Of a stretch of DNA of 64,000 bases, positions 1 through 12,203 are shown piece by piece (positions within the stretch are counted from its first letter, which is position 1; every line of letters starts with the position of its first letter). The stretch comes from Escherichia virus TH41. A program made the translations under genes and the position numbers. The notes below the pieces were generated by a model. It was given only the letters and a program-made list of their open reading frames with translations, had not been told where the DNA came from and ran no database searches. Location: sequence record MT446412.1. The stretch is one strand, 5' to 3'.

Positions 1-86
1 TGAGTATAAGAAAGCAAATTAGGACGGGCGACCTGGTTGGCCGCCGTTAATGTTGATTCGTGAATTAGTGCGTTAATCTTTTGCAT

Positions 87-1367
87 TTACGCCTCATAAA
101 TGATTGGCGGAAGTTTAACACCGAGCAGATAAGACATATTGCTCTGACCGGCCATTAAATCCATATTGGTTGCATCGATAATACGAGCTTCTTTATCGTC
201 TTTAGCAACGGTGTACGGGTTAGCTGAAAGTGCATAACGAACCATCAGAGAGATAGCCGGTTGCAAACTGTCAGGGTCCACAATGACCTTAAACGCGCCC
301 ACGTGTTCTTCATCATCTAAGTCCAGGCCTTCGGTATAAGGAGCATAGAAGATTGAGCCTACGACTTCATTTCCGCCATAATTTTCTTTAACGCCAACGG
401 TTACATAATCTAATGGACTGTTAACATCACAGAATACAGGAAGACCATTAATCAAATAACCGTATGCTGTTTCAGGAAGCCATTGTTCATCTTCAGGTTT
501 ATGCTTCAGCCAACCAGAACCGGCCAGCATAGCAGCAACACGGCTAGAGGCAACAACAAAGGTACCGGAATAAGATGTAGTTTTCTGAATCTCGGAGTTC
601 ATTTCGCAAACCAGTTCGTACAGTTTACGTGCGCCTTCTGGAGCTGCATCATATGTTAAATCGATGACGCCATTGTCAGAAACCCCAGTTACTTTATAAC
701 GCTTGGAAACGGTAATAAGAGACTGAAGAACATCTTTGTTAATTTCATCTGCCATAATAGTGGCAAGCAAGTCTTCCAGGAAAGCAGGAGCATTAAACCC
801 ATTTGCTTCCATATCCTGAGCAAGCTCAACAGTTAATGCAGTTTTCAATTTACGTGTTTTAACCGGAGCATTCCATTTGTTAACCTGGAATACGGCATTG
901 CTAATTTCAACATCACCGGCTTCAAATTTCTCGGTGTGCGCCGCATCAGGAACCAAACGAATGGTTAATGCAATAAGACCTTCTTGCAGAACATCGGATA
1001 ATACAGTTTCGGTAGTCGATGCAAACGGATTATCAACCAGAGCTTTATAAACGGTATTCTGAAATTTAATGTATCCGCCTTTAGCTACGGCCTGAGTTGG
1101 AGTTGTAAATTCCGGAATTGTTTCACGGTCTTTTGAACCAACTTCACCACCGTAAACGGCACCGGTTTGGAAACTGAATTCATTATCAGGAGTAAGATAT
1201 TTAACACCGTACAGAGCCGCAACTGGCTGGTTCGTACGTTGTTCAGCGATAATATCGCGGTAAATCAATTTGGTTGTAGCGCGGGTCAAAGCAACAAGAT
1301 TCGGGCGGCCCAATGAGTTGCTGGTAGTAGTAGTTGACTCGCGCAGTAATTTGTTAATCTTTGCCAT
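87..1367 (-). CDS. 24: Head vertex protein gp24
   Basis: 426-aa ORF; N-terminus MAKINKLLRESTTT... and C-terminal region closely resemble T4 gp24 as I recall it; gp23 paralogue; synteny next to 23. Confidence 0.85.
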   Translation of the reverse strand: MAKINKLLRESTTTTSNSLGRPNLVALTRATTKLIYRDIIAEQRTNQPVAALYGVKYLTPDNEFSFQTGAVYGGEVGSKDRETIPEFTTPTQAVAKGGYIKFQNTVYKALVDNPFASTTETVLSDVLQEGLIALTIRLVPDAAHTEKFEAGDVEISNAVFQVNKWNAPVKTRKLKTALTVELAQDMEANGFNAPAFLEDLLATIMADEINKDVLQSLITVSKRYKVTGVSDNGVIDLTYDAAPEGARKLYELVCEMNSEIQKTTSYSGTFVVASSRVAAMLAGSGWLKHKPEDEQWLPETAYGYLINGLPVFCDVNSPLDYVTVGVKENYGGNEVVGSIFYAPYTEGLDLDDEEHVGAFKVIVDPDSLQPAISLMVRYALSANPYTVAKDDKEARIIDATNMDLMAGQSNMSYLLGVKLPPIIYEA

Positions 1368-1393
1368 TTGCGCTTTCCTTTTGTGATATACTT

Positions 1394-1401
1394 TATTTAT
1401 A
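1394..1401 (-). promoter_or_regulatory. T4-type late promoter box TATAAATA upstream of gene 24
   Basis: Exact TATAAATA on minus strand about 27 bp upstream of the gene 24 start codon. Confidence 0.5.
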
Positions 1402-1407
1402 AAAGTT

Positions 1408-1437
1408 GTTTACAACCAGATTAAGATAAGACATAAT
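1408..1437 (+). promoter_or_regulatory. Early-type promoter (GTTTAC -35, cATAAT -10) for ORF 1479
   Basis: GTTTAC at 1408-1413, 18-bp spacer, CATAAT at 1432-1437, followed by conserved leader tccatactgagttaac also found before other plus-strand genes. Confidence 0.45.
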
Positions 1438-1478
1438 GATTCCATACTGAGTTAACAAACAAAACCCTGGGGTCCAAA

Positions 1479-1760
1479 ATGAACAAAGCAACTTTCCTTC
1501 TGAACACCTTTAAAAATCTGGAAATTGAAGTTATTGCATTGGTCAACAAATACCCGAATGGTGTTAATGGTAATGCTCTGAACAAACTAGTTAAAAAATA
1601 TGAAAACTTAGCATATGACACTGATTTCTGGTGGAATGGTAATTATTCTACTCACACTAAAGATAAAAATGGTAACTGGTTGAAACTTCAAGAAAACAAT
1701 GTTAACTTCAGAGACCTCATCAAGCGCCGGGTAGAAGTTCATTTAAATGGTATGGTATGA
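1479..1760 (+). CDS. Hypothetical small protein (93 aa) on opposite strand between late genes 24 and 23
   Basis: ATG start, own promoter-like sequence upstream and terminator downstream; no recognisable motif. Confidence 0.5.
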   Translation: MNKATFLLNTFKNLEIEVIALVNKYPNGVNGNALNKLVKKYENLAYDTDFWWNGNYSTHTKDKNGNWLKLQENNVNFRDLIKRRVEVHLNGMV

Positions 1761-1770
1761 AAACAAGAAA

Positions 1771-1792
1771 GGGACCTCAAGGGTCCCTTTTT
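1771..1792. terminator. Bidirectional rho-independent terminator
   Basis: gggacc-tcaag-ggtccc hairpin flanked by A-run upstream and T-run downstream; sits after ORF 1479 (plus) and after gene 23 (minus). Confidence 0.6.
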
Positions 1793-1810
1793 ATTTAACT
1801 TAATCTAGGA

Positions 1811-3370
1811 TTAAATTCCTTTAACATATACGCGGCGGAAGTAACCGTTCAAGCCGAGGCTATTAACGATGTCCGGCATACCATTCTGAATGCGCTTGGT
1901 CGGAGCCTGAGCAGCAGGGTCAGCAAACGGGTTGATACCGATACCGTAACGGGTTTTGAAGCCCATAACCGGCTGGAAGTTTTTCGGGTCAGAGCCACGC
2001 AGCGGGGTCAGTGCAACATATGGTGCGTAGTAGATACCAGCATCCATTTCGTTAGCGCCTTTGTAACCGATGGTGAAGTAATCTGCACGAGCATACTGGT
2101 CGATATAGACACGGTATTTGCCACCCAGAACACCAGCGAACACAGCTTTAGTGGTGTCAACGTTGAAACCTTTACCCAGACCCTGAGCAGCATAACTTAC
2201 AGAAGTATCAACAGCAGCCAGTACGTTAACTACGTTACGGGAAGCGATGATGAAGTTACCTGCACCACGACCGGTCTGACGAGCGATTTCAGCGGCTTCT
2301 TTATCAATCTGGAACAGTAAAGCTTTGAAGCTTTCACCAGCCCAACGAGCACCACGGATATCAATCGGGTCCTGGAAGTCAAACACACCAGCTTTAGCGC
2401 CAACGGTGTTGGTCATACCAGATTTACCAACCTGTGCGGAGTAGTTAATCCAATCGATAACTTCGCGGTTGATTTCCAGCATAATTTCGGTAGCCAGAAT
2501 ACCACTCAATTCGGCATCAGCATCCATACCGTGAACAGCGCGCAGGTCCTGTGCCAGTTCGATGGAGTAGCTTGCTTTCAGCTGACGGGATTTAGCTTCG
2601 ATAACTTGTTTGTCGATGCGGAAGCCCATTTCGTTCCACGGGTTATCAGAGGAACCGTTAAAACCTTCTTGCAGTTCGGCGATGGAGGTAGCCATACCTT
2701 CAGCCAGTTCAGCCAGCTGACCAGCTTCAACCAGAGCGGTAACAGCAGCGTCAAGTTTAGCAGCGTCAGTAGCAGCAGCATCAACAGTTACAGCTTCAAC
2801 AGCCTGGAAGTGTGCAGAACCAGTTGCTTCGAAGAAGTGAGAATAAATTTTACCAACTTCCAGAACTTTGCTTGCAGCCAGTGCTTCAAAAGTCTGAGCA
2901 GCGCCCTGACCAGAGAACATAGCGTTCGGAGCATACATCGGGTGGAAAGCTTCTTTAGCACCAGCAGCGACAGGGTCTTTACCGTAAACTGCACGCAGGG
3001 CAAATACCTGGCCAGTCGGGTTGTTCAGAGGCTGTACGCCACAAATATCAAACGCAATCAGATGCGGGATAGCACGACGAACCATACCCATAACTGCCGG
3101 CCCAATCTGAGTTACTGCACCAGAGGTCTGGCCAGCGGCGATATTGGTAGCATCATAACCATGGTCACCACCGATTTCAGCTTCGGTCAGGAAAGAACCA
3201 AATGCTTCGGAGATTTTTTCATCACGGTATTCAGGAGCGGTCAGGATATCTTGTTCCTGGTTTTCAAAGATTTTAGCGATGATAGCTTGTTTAGAAGCAC
3301 CAACGATTTCAGGAAGAGCTTCGTTTTCCAGCAGAGCGGACCATTTTTGAACTAATGCATTCTTTTTCAT
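1811..3370 (-). CDS. 23: Major capsid protein gp23
   Basis: 519-aa ORF; long stretches identical to T4 gp23 as recalled (e.g. GSFLTEAEIGGDHGY, AELSGILATEIMLEINREV, C-terminal YFRRVYVKGI). Confidence 0.95.
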   Translation of the reverse strand: MKKNALVQKWSALLENEALPEIVGASKQAIIAKIFENQEQDILTAPEYRDEKISEAFGSFLTEAEIGGDHGYDATNIAAGQTSGAVTQIGPAVMGMVRRAIPHLIAFDICGVQPLNNPTGQVFALRAVYGKDPVAAGAKEAFHPMYAPNAMFSGQGAAQTFEALAASKVLEVGKIYSHFFEATGSAHFQAVEAVTVDAAATDAAKLDAAVTALVEAGQLAELAEGMATSIAELQEGFNGSSDNPWNEMGFRIDKQVIEAKSRQLKASYSIELAQDLRAVHGMDADAELSGILATEIMLEINREVIDWINYSAQVGKSGMTNTVGAKAGVFDFQDPIDIRGARWAGESFKALLFQIDKEAAEIARQTGRGAGNFIIASRNVVNVLAAVDTSVSYAAQGLGKGFNVDTTKAVFAGVLGGKYRVYIDQYARADYFTIGYKGANEMDAGIYYAPYVALTPLRGSDPKNFQPVMGFKTRYGIGINPFADPAAQAPTKRIQNGMPDIVNSLGLNGYFRRVYVKGI

Positions 3371-3391
3371 GTGTTGTATAACCTTATTAAA

Positions 3392-4210
3392 TTAAGAAAT
3401 TCGTGATGCTGCGAGAGCAGACAAGTCCGCGAAGGACAGGGTAGGCTTGGCGCCTTTTTCTTCAACTGCTTCTGAAATGTAATTCAGTGCCGCAGCATCG
3501 TCTACATTTTTATTTATAGCGGCTTCGGTGATTGGTTTGTTGGTGGGTTCTACCTGACCTTTAACCATTTCAACGATAGCGCCAATTTTGGTACCGAATG
3601 CATCAGAGTATTCCATGCCTTCTACCAGAGAACCAACTTTTTCTTTTTGGGATTCAGTCAGGTCTTTAGTTGCTTCAGTCAACGCAACTTCACGTTGGAC
3701 ATAATTGATATAAGCATCACGCTTAGAAACTTCTTCGAACAGGCTAGCGGTTTCTTCTTTCTGTTCAGCCAGTTCTTCCTGCATTTCTGCGACAACATCG
3801 ACAGATTCTTCCGGAACAACAACGTTGTGCTCAACGAACAGTTCTTTCATGCCGGTGAACATGGATTCGAACAGGTCAGCTTTAATGCCACGGTCGACAG
3901 CCAGTTTATTTTCAGCAAGCCATTCTTTAGCAACGTGGTCCAGGAATTTAGCTGCAGATTCTTTCAGTTTTTTCTCTGCTTTTTCGTCGGATTCTTCTTT
4001 ATTCTTTTCGACTTCTTCTTCAGCTTTTTCAGCGATGGCGTGAATGTGAGATTCTGCCAGTTTGATGGCGTGTTGCTTGACGGTAGCTTCGAATACAGTG
4101 CCGAAGGTAGCTTTCGCTTCCGGGGACAAATTAACTGATTCGAAAATACTATCGAGAGCAACGGAAGCATCGATATTCTGAGCTTCAGAAATGAGTTGTT
4201 CTTTAAGCAT
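3392..4210 (-). CDS. 22: Prohead core scaffold protein gp22
   Basis: 272-aa acidic, Glu/Lys-rich ORF; N-terminus MLKEQLISEAQNIDASVALDSIFESVN resembles T4 gp22; synteny. Confidence 0.85.
   Translation of the reverse strand: MLKEQLISEAQNIDASVALDSIFESVNLSPEAKATFGTVFEATVKQHAIKLAESHIHAIAEKAEEEVEKNKEESDEKAEKKLKESAAKFLDHVAKEWLAENKLAVDRGIKADLFESMFTGMKELFVEHNVVVPEESVDVVAEMQEELAEQKEETASLFEEVSKRDAYINYVQREVALTEATKDLTESQKEKVGSLVEGMEYSDAFGTKIGAIVEMVKGQVEPTNKPITEAAINKNVDDAAALNYISEAVEEKGAKPTLSFADLSALAASRIS
3511..3518 (-). promoter_or_regulatory. Late promoter box TATAAATA upstream of gene 23 (inside 3' end of gene 22)
   Basis: Exact TATAAATA on minus strand about 140 bp upstream of the gene 23 ATG. Confidence 0.4.
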
Positions 4211-4239
4211 TTTGTAGTCCTGTTGTTAAGATATACATT

Positions 4240-4247
4240 TATTTATA
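4240..4247 (-). promoter_or_regulatory. Late promoter box TATAAATA upstream of gene 22
   Basis: Exact TATAAATA on minus strand 30 bp upstream of the gene 22 ATG. Confidence 0.5.
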
Positions 4248-4881
4248 ACGTCTTTAAAGCCTCTGCGAGAGCCATAAAGGCGTCATCGGCACTGGTATCG
4301 GCAACAGCCGTTTGTGATTCTGTAATCTGCTTTGGTTTGACCCAAGCGTCCGGAGCACTTGGCCCCCATACTGCGTCTACTCCAACCGTCAATTTAAAAC
4401 CTTCATTAACGATGCTATAACCTTTTGCTGATTTAGTCAGGGAACCGAGTCCACGACTAGATACGCCAGGAATCCAACCTGCTCTTATATTCGCAGCAAG
4501 TTTATCACCTGGACCATGGTCGCCTTCGATAATACGCGCGCGGCCATATACATCATTCCCTTTCCACCACATTTCCTCGATAATAATTGCTGCCTGCATA
4601 GGGTCAACGTTTGCGCGAGGTGGATGGTTTAATTCTCCAAGAGACTGCTTGGTTTCAACCTGTTCGGCGATATAGTCCGCAACGGCTTTTTCCAAAATAT
4701 GTTTAGGATAAAGTCGTTTATTACGGTTAACAACTTCAGCTTGTAGGAAAATACCTTCAATATAAAGTCCTGGCTTTAAACCGCTGCTGGAACCATCATG
4801 AGATTCCAACATCGGTACACCATCTTTAATTTCGCCCGGTTGACCCCAGTGTTCGATTAGTAACTCTGGTTTCTGTTCCAT
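4243..4881 (-). CDS. 21: Prohead protease gp21
   Basis: 212-aa ORF, same length as T4 gp21 as recalled; synteny between 68 and 22; 1-nt overlap with gene 68 stop. Confidence 0.85.
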   Translation of the reverse strand: MEQKPELLIEHWGQPGEIKDGVPMLESHDGSSSGLKPGLYIEGIFLQAEVVNRNKRLYPKHILEKAVADYIAEQVETKQSLGELNHPPRANVDPMQAAIIIEEMWWKGNDVYGRARIIEGDHGPGDKLAANIRAGWIPGVSSRGLGSLTKSAKGYSIVNEGFKLTVGVDAVWGPSAPDAWVKPKQITESQTAVADTSADDAFMALAEALKTL

Positions 4882-5309
4882 TAATCAAGTCCGAATGCTT
4901 TACGCTTAGCTCGAGCTTTTTTGCGCTTGCGCTCTGCTCTGATTTGCGTAGATGGGTTTGCTCTTTTCGTTTTAGTAGCCAGACGGGCAATTTGACGACG
5001 TTTAGCTTTAGAAAGACCAGTTGTTTGGAAAGCATTACGCTTACGAGTAGCTAGGTCTTTTGTGCGGGTTAACTCACCGCGAGACGATACATGTTTAACG
5101 ATAAATTCGTTAAGCTGAACACCTTCATTCAGAGCGCCGATAACCGTTGCTTTTTCGTATTCACCGGCTGCAAACATGTTTTCTACAATAATATTTATAT
5201 CGTCTTTTTCTAAGGCTTCAGATAATGAATCAAATTGTCCCTGAGCTTCTTCGGAAACACTTTCGATGTTTTCAAGAGTTAATTCGTAATCATCAGGGAT
5301 AATAAACAT
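4881..5309 (-). CDS. 68: Prohead core protein gp68
   Basis: 142-aa ORF with basic Lys/Arg-rich C-terminus; position between 67 and 21. Confidence 0.7.
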   Translation of the reverse strand: MFIIPDDYELTLENIESVSEEAQGQFDSLSEALEKDDINIIVENMFAAGEYEKATVIGALNEGVQLNEFIVKHVSSRGELTRTKDLATRKRNAFQTTGLSKAKRRQIARLATKTKRANPSTQIRAERKRKKARAKRKAFGLD

Positions 5310-5560
5310 TATTCATCGTCCTCATCATCGTCGTCGCCTTCGTCAGCGTCATCAGATTCTTTTTTGTCTTTCTTTTCTGCTTTACCGTCGTCCTTGTCTT
5401 CATCTTCTTTAGGCTCTTCGCCTTCAATCATGATGGAACGTGCAATTTCAATCTTACGTTCTTCAATCAAACTACCGCATACTGGGCCAATGTTTTCAGC
5501 AAAATATTTGCGAACGGCTACGAGGTCGTTTGATTTAATGGCTTCAAATAAATCATCCAT
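5309..5560 (-). CDS. 67: Prohead core protein gp67
   Basis: 83-aa ORF with strongly acidic C-terminal tail ([11 protein letters not shown]); position between 20 and 68. Confidence 0.7.
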   Translation of the reverse strand: MDDLFEAIKSNDLVAVRKYFAENIGPVCGSLIEERKIEIARSIMIEGEEPKEDEDKDDGKAEKKDKKESDDADEGDDDDEDDE

Positions 5561-7134
5561 TAGAAATCCTCTTCTTCTTCTTCAGGGTTTTGGAAACGAG
5601 CCTCTTTGGACTCCAATTCAATTTGCTTAGCTTCTTGATTAATTTCTTCATCAGACATCTGGAGGAAATCCTTCATCGCCGTTTGATGCGAAATATATTT
5701 ACCGATAAACGGTTCAGCCATCGTTAGCATATTGATTCTGCGTTCCATGATTTCTGCATCTTTCATTTCGGTGAAATAGCTATCACGGTTGAACGTAACT
5801 TTAATATTATTTAGTTCCTTTTCCCATTCCTCTTCTGAAATAATTTTTTTCAGGATAAGGTTGGTTTTAAGCGGGTCGAGGAAAACTTCTTCAAATTTAT
5901 TCTGTAGCTGTCGAATCCATTTAGAGAAATTCAATTCATCGCGAGTAATTGTCGCGCCCGCATCAAACATAACGCCACTGTTTTGGTCATTAGGGATACG
6001 AGATAATGGAATTCGGAGAGCCTGATATAGGTTGTTCTTAAACCAGCGAACATCGTCCATATCCGACATGCCTTGTGCACCCGGGAGTGTATCAACTTCG
6101 GTGACTGCTTTACCATCACGACGTTGCAACCAATAGTCTTCTGTCATTGACATGTTGTGCTGTTGGTTTTTGATTTTACCCGTAGTTGCATCATATACGA
6201 CACGGTTTTTCATCGTGTTCATAATATGTTGCATGTGTGCTGCTGCTTTACGAGACGGCATATTCCCGGTATCGATATAAAAGACTCGGCGGTCTGGGGC
6301 ACGAGTTATACGATAAATGACTAAAGCATCTTCTAATAGTTTTAATTGGTTTGCAGGTTTAATTGCTCGTTGCAAGTATCCGATGATATTCTTGCCACAG
6401 CAATCAAGTAATCCAGAATGCGCATATACAATCGCCGCACGAGGAATTTTTATTTTAGTACCTGCTTCATATATACGACCATCGGCACAATAACTTTCAT
6501 GACCAGTATCGTATACAAAATATTCTCTGTAACCGTCGACAATTTTTGTACCGTTTTCCATGCGTGTAACGATTTCACGGATGAACTGGATTTGTCTTGG
6601 GTCAAGGCGACGAAGTTCTTGAACACCATCTTTAAGTTTTGATGGGTTGATAATTTTGTGGAAGAAAATTCGAGAATCCACATACCAACGTTTAAAATGG
6701 TCAGAACCTTTACGCTCGAAATTAAGGAGGTTATTGACTTCCAAAAATTCTTCGAGGATTCGGTCTTTAATTTTCTGACTAAATTCGGTAGCATCAAGGT
6801 TAAGAGCTACAACATCTTTACCGTCTTCAAAAACGATAGCATCAGACACAATTTCTTGCACTGCGTTATCAACTTCATAATTATTTAGTAAGTTGCGGTA
6901 GGTGTCAATTAATTCCCTGGTATTTTTTACTTCAGGTTCATTGCTCCCGAACATCTGTTGCATCAATGCATTATACGGGACGTTTTGTTCTTGTGACTCA
7001 ATTTCACGAGCCCCATCATCAAACTTCGGCCCGGTCATTGACTCTAAATTATTTTTTTCTTGTTGCTTATATTCTTGTTCATCTTCTTTAGCCCAAGGCT
7101 TAAGAAAATTTAGTATTGTGTTAAAACCTGCCAT
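5560..7134 (-). CDS. 20: Portal vertex protein gp20
   Basis: 524-aa ORF, same length as T4 gp20 as recalled; synteny. Confidence 0.9.
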   Translation of the reverse strand: MAGFNTILNFLKPWAKEDEQEYKQQEKNNLESMTGPKFDDGAREIESQEQNVPYNALMQQMFGSNEPEVKNTRELIDTYRNLLNNYEVDNAVQEIVSDAIVFEDGKDVVALNLDATEFSQKIKDRILEEFLEVNNLLNFERKGSDHFKRWYVDSRIFFHKIINPSKLKDGVQELRRLDPRQIQFIREIVTRMENGTKIVDGYREYFVYDTGHESYCADGRIYEAGTKIKIPRAAIVYAHSGLLDCCGKNIIGYLQRAIKPANQLKLLEDALVIYRITRAPDRRVFYIDTGNMPSRKAAAHMQHIMNTMKNRVVYDATTGKIKNQQHNMSMTEDYWLQRRDGKAVTEVDTLPGAQGMSDMDDVRWFKNNLYQALRIPLSRIPNDQNSGVMFDAGATITRDELNFSKWIRQLQNKFEEVFLDPLKTNLILKKIISEEEWEKELNNIKVTFNRDSYFTEMKDAEIMERRINMLTMAEPFIGKYISHQTAMKDFLQMSDEEINQEAKQIELESKEARFQNPEEEEEDF

Positions 7135-7157
7135 TAGAGTCTCCGAAGTTTGGGAAA

Positions 7158-7190
7158 TGAGGCCGAAGCCTCATAATAACTTTATTTATA
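7158..7190 (-). promoter_or_regulatory. Hairpin plus late promoter box TATAAATA upstream of gene 20
   Basis: tgaggc-cgaa-gcctca hairpin (7158-7173) and exact TATAAATA on minus strand (7183-7190). Confidence 0.45.
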
Positions 7191-7191
7191 C

Positions 7192-7683
7192 TTATTCCCA
7201 CCAGTCAATTGCGAACGTTGCTTCGAACGTTTCAATTTCGTTATTACTGTCCCAATCCATCTGGACTTCCCCAACGTTGGTTGGCCACATGCCGGTAATA
7301 ACAACTTCTTTCGTAACAGTTTTGCCATCACGATGGAACTGGCGGACAGTAGCAGTTTTCTTATAATCAGCAGGAGCTGCACCGGTAATTTCGTTAGTCA
7401 TACCGTGACACAGATTTTGCCAATCAACAATTGCTTGACGAACTTTATGAGCATCGTCGTTATAAATCGTAATAGTCCAGTCATCAAATGTACGGTCACC
7501 CGCTACGTTGATTTTACGGTTCATGTAACCGACCGGAACTTTTTCTACAATGCCTGCTGGCATCGGGGCTGCTTTACAATGGAAAGCAAAGTTTTTACCC
7601 AGGAATGGGATTTCGACTTCGAACAGGTTAGGGCGAGCAAAGTCGCCGGATTCGAAAGCGCGTGTGATATCGGTCAACTCCAT
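7192..7683 (-). CDS. 19: Tail tube protein gp19
   Basis: Start placed at internal ATG (MELTDITRAFESGDFARPNLFEVEI...), giving 163 aa like T4 gp19; the longer track ORF start at 7734 lies inside the late promoter box. Confidence 0.85.
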   Translation of the reverse strand: MELTDITRAFESGDFARPNLFEVEIPFLGKNFAFHCKAAPMPAGIVEKVPVGYMNRKINVAGDRTFDDWTITIYNDDAHKVRQAIVDWQNLCHGMTNEITGAAPADYKKTATVRQFHRDGKTVTKEVVITGMWPTNVGEVQMDWDSNNEIETFEATFAIDWWE

Positions 7684-7735
7684 TAAGGAATCCTCTTTAT
7701 AGACACAGGTCGCGCGAACGCGTCCCTGATGCATG

Positions 7736-7743
7736 TATTTATA
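7736..7743 (-). promoter_or_regulatory. Late promoter box TATAAATA upstream of gene 19
   Basis: Exact TATAAATA on minus strand about 53 bp upstream of the preferred gene 19 ATG. Confidence 0.5.
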
Positions 7744-7822
7744 CTAGGTAATATGATTCATCATCTCAAGATAATGGCTTCCCAGAATCAACCACAGGAG
7801 TCCGTAGAACCGATTATGCTTT

Positions 7823-7830
7823 TATTTATA
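7823..7830 (-). promoter_or_regulatory. Second late promoter box TATAAATA in the 18-19 intergenic region
   Basis: Exact TATAAATA on minus strand. Confidence 0.35.
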
Positions 7831-7883
7831 ACACTGTATAATGGTTCTACGGTTTCTAACTGATTAATTCTAAGCGATGATAA

Positions 7884-9863
7884 TTATTGTGGTCCAATCA
7901 GCTCATCGAAATTAGCACCGGTGCTTGTTGCTACGAAATTAAGCGTGATGTAGTTGATGCTGCGCGCAGGTTTGAAATAAATGCTAGCAACAAACTCATT
8001 TCGGTCTATGACCGACGGGGTGTTGTTAGTAGTATCACAAACCACACGACCTTCATAAATGCCACCGAGCGCACGAATACCATCCAAGTATTGAGAAGTT
8101 TCCATACGGAATGATGCACGAGTGAAGTTATCGTTAAGCTCAAACAGTTTATATTTGGATGCGTCACCGATATTTTTCTTCAGCATATTCGTAAGACGGC
8201 GAACGTTGATATGGTCCATCGGAGATGGAACTTTAGTTGCAGTCTTATCACCATACAGAACAAAACCATCACCACCTGCGAAACCAACAACCGGGTTGAT
8301 AGCTTCCTGATACATGCGGTCACGTTGGGTCTGACGTGGTTCAACAGCCAATTTCAGAACGTTCAGAATCTGGCCACGGTTATAACCTGCCGGAGACATC
8401 CAAGGCTGAGAAACATCATCAGTACGAGCACACAGTCCAGCCATGTCAGCTGCCAGAGGAACCCAACGGTTAACGTCGTTATATTTATCATACTGATATT
8501 TATAGTTGCCATCAATCGCTGCATAAGTCGTGCTGATATTCATATTATCAGTATCAAATGCACCAGCACCTGTACGCCAGTCAATCAGGTTATCCACTGC
8601 ACGGGTCAGAGGAACGTTAACCAACAGACCTTTCGGCGGGGAAATGAATGCCAAGCAATCCTGACGTTCGTCAGCAATAGAAACCACGTGCTTCTGAACA
8701 GTGGAAGCGGTCGCATCACCTTCACCAGCACAAGCACCAGCGATAAGCAGGTTGATATGCAGAGCTTCACGGTCAGCGAACAGGTCCCAACCTTGCATCA
8801 AATCACCAGCGGTAATCTTATCGTTTGCAGAAATACCACCAGACAGATTGATGATACCACTGAAGCCTACAGGCCAGTTGCGAGATGTTGCATAGATGTA
8901 GTTGGAAGTACCTTTTGCAAAGTAGTCATCCAGGTAAATGTTATTACCATAAACATCTTTTTCGCCCTGCTTAGTAGACAAAACAACGTTTTCGACGATT
9001 GCACCATCGCGGCGAACGATAATTGCATATTGGTTTTCGGTCTGAGGACCATAGTTAAACACTGCACGAGCTATAGAAGCGCGGGAACCACCACCGGGGA
9101 AAATATCCAGATTTGCAGTTGCGCCTTTTTCAAATTCAGCTTTGGATACGATTTCAACTTCAAGAGTCGAACCAATTTCACCAGGATAAAGAGCAACAAC
9201 ACCCGGCATTGCATATTTTGCCAATGATGCCTGGAATTCCAGAGAAGTAATTGCTTCTTCACTGTTTTCTGCTTCAGTCAACAGAATGCCAGAATCGGTA
9301 ACAATTTTCCCGACAGTGATGGTACCAGATACACCGGAAGAAGTGGTCGTAACTTCTGCAGTCCATGCACTGCCCAAATTAGGATACTGATTAATAGTTT
9401 TAGCAAATGCAATAATCTTATTGGTAGGAATAAAGATTGCCAGAATTTTACCATCAACATCGACCTTGGTCACACGGCCAGCCGGTTCAACAACAGTCTG
9501 GTTGTGTTTAACTTGAATAACATCACCGACAGCATAGTTTGTACCAGCAGTTACGATGGTAGTTTCAATATTGCCAGCAATAGGGGATGCGTTTTTAGCT
9601 TCGTCACGGTTAACAACACGTACAGTACGGAGGTCGTTACCATATTGCAGGAAGTTCATCCCACTCATAAAGTAATCTGCTGTTTCATTATTCGGACCAC
9701 CAAACAAATCAACAAGTTCAACTTCGTTTGTAATCTGAGTTACCTGGAAAGCTGGGCCCCACTGGAATTTACCAACCAGCGCCGCACGACCCGTCGCGTT
9801 ACGAACAACAGTGCTTTGGACCGTTGTTTCTTTGAGCTCAATGCCCGGAGATAATAAAGCCAT
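7884..9863 (-). CDS. 18: Contractile tail sheath protein gp18
   Basis: 659-aa ORF, same length as T4 gp18 as recalled; N-terminus MALLSPGIELKETTVQS; synteny. Confidence 0.9.
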   Translation of the reverse strand: MALLSPGIELKETTVQSTVVRNATGRAALVGKFQWGPAFQVTQITNEVELVDLFGGPNNETADYFMSGMNFLQYGNDLRTVRVVNRDEAKNASPIAGNIETTIVTAGTNYAVGDVIQVKHNQTVVEPAGRVTKVDVDGKILAIFIPTNKIIAFAKTINQYPNLGSAWTAEVTTTSSGVSGTITVGKIVTDSGILLTEAENSEEAITSLEFQASLAKYAMPGVVALYPGEIGSTLEVEIVSKAEFEKGATANLDIFPGGGSRASIARAVFNYGPQTENQYAIIVRRDGAIVENVVLSTKQGEKDVYGNNIYLDDYFAKGTSNYIYATSRNWPVGFSGIINLSGGISANDKITAGDLMQGWDLFADREALHINLLIAGACAGEGDATASTVQKHVVSIADERQDCLAFISPPKGLLVNVPLTRAVDNLIDWRTGAGAFDTDNMNISTTYAAIDGNYKYQYDKYNDVNRWVPLAADMAGLCARTDDVSQPWMSPAGYNRGQILNVLKLAVEPRQTQRDRMYQEAINPVVGFAGGDGFVLYGDKTATKVPSPMDHINVRRLTNMLKKNIGDASKYKLFELNDNFTRASFRMETSQYLDGIRALGGIYEGRVVCDTTNNTPSVIDRNEFVASIYFKPARSINYITLNFVATSTGANFDELIGPQ

Positions 9864-9892
9864 TTTGAGTCCTCTAATAGTTTGCTTTACTT

Positions 9893-12199
<2,307 letters not shown>

Positions 12200-12203
<4 letters not shown>

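Noticed and set aside
1421-1621. 66-aa minus-strand ORF overlapping the 1479 plus-strand gene
   Set aside because: The plus-strand ORF has a promoter, SD-spaced ATG and terminator; the minus ORF has none.
2531-3355. 274-aa plus-strand ORF inside gene 23
   Set aside because: Antisense to the highly conserved major capsid gene; Ser/Phe-rich low-complexity translation; no start signals. Treated as a frame artefact.
7684-7734. N-terminal extensions of the track ORFs for genes 19, 7, 53, wac and others
   Set aside because: The extended starts are TTG or lie within promoter boxes or the upstream gene; internal ATGs with SDs reproduce the conserved T4-like N-termini and expected lengths.
8211-9227. 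338-aa plus-strand ORF inside gene 18
   Set aside because: Antisense to the tail sheath gene; composition typical of a reverse-frame artefact; no SD or promoter.
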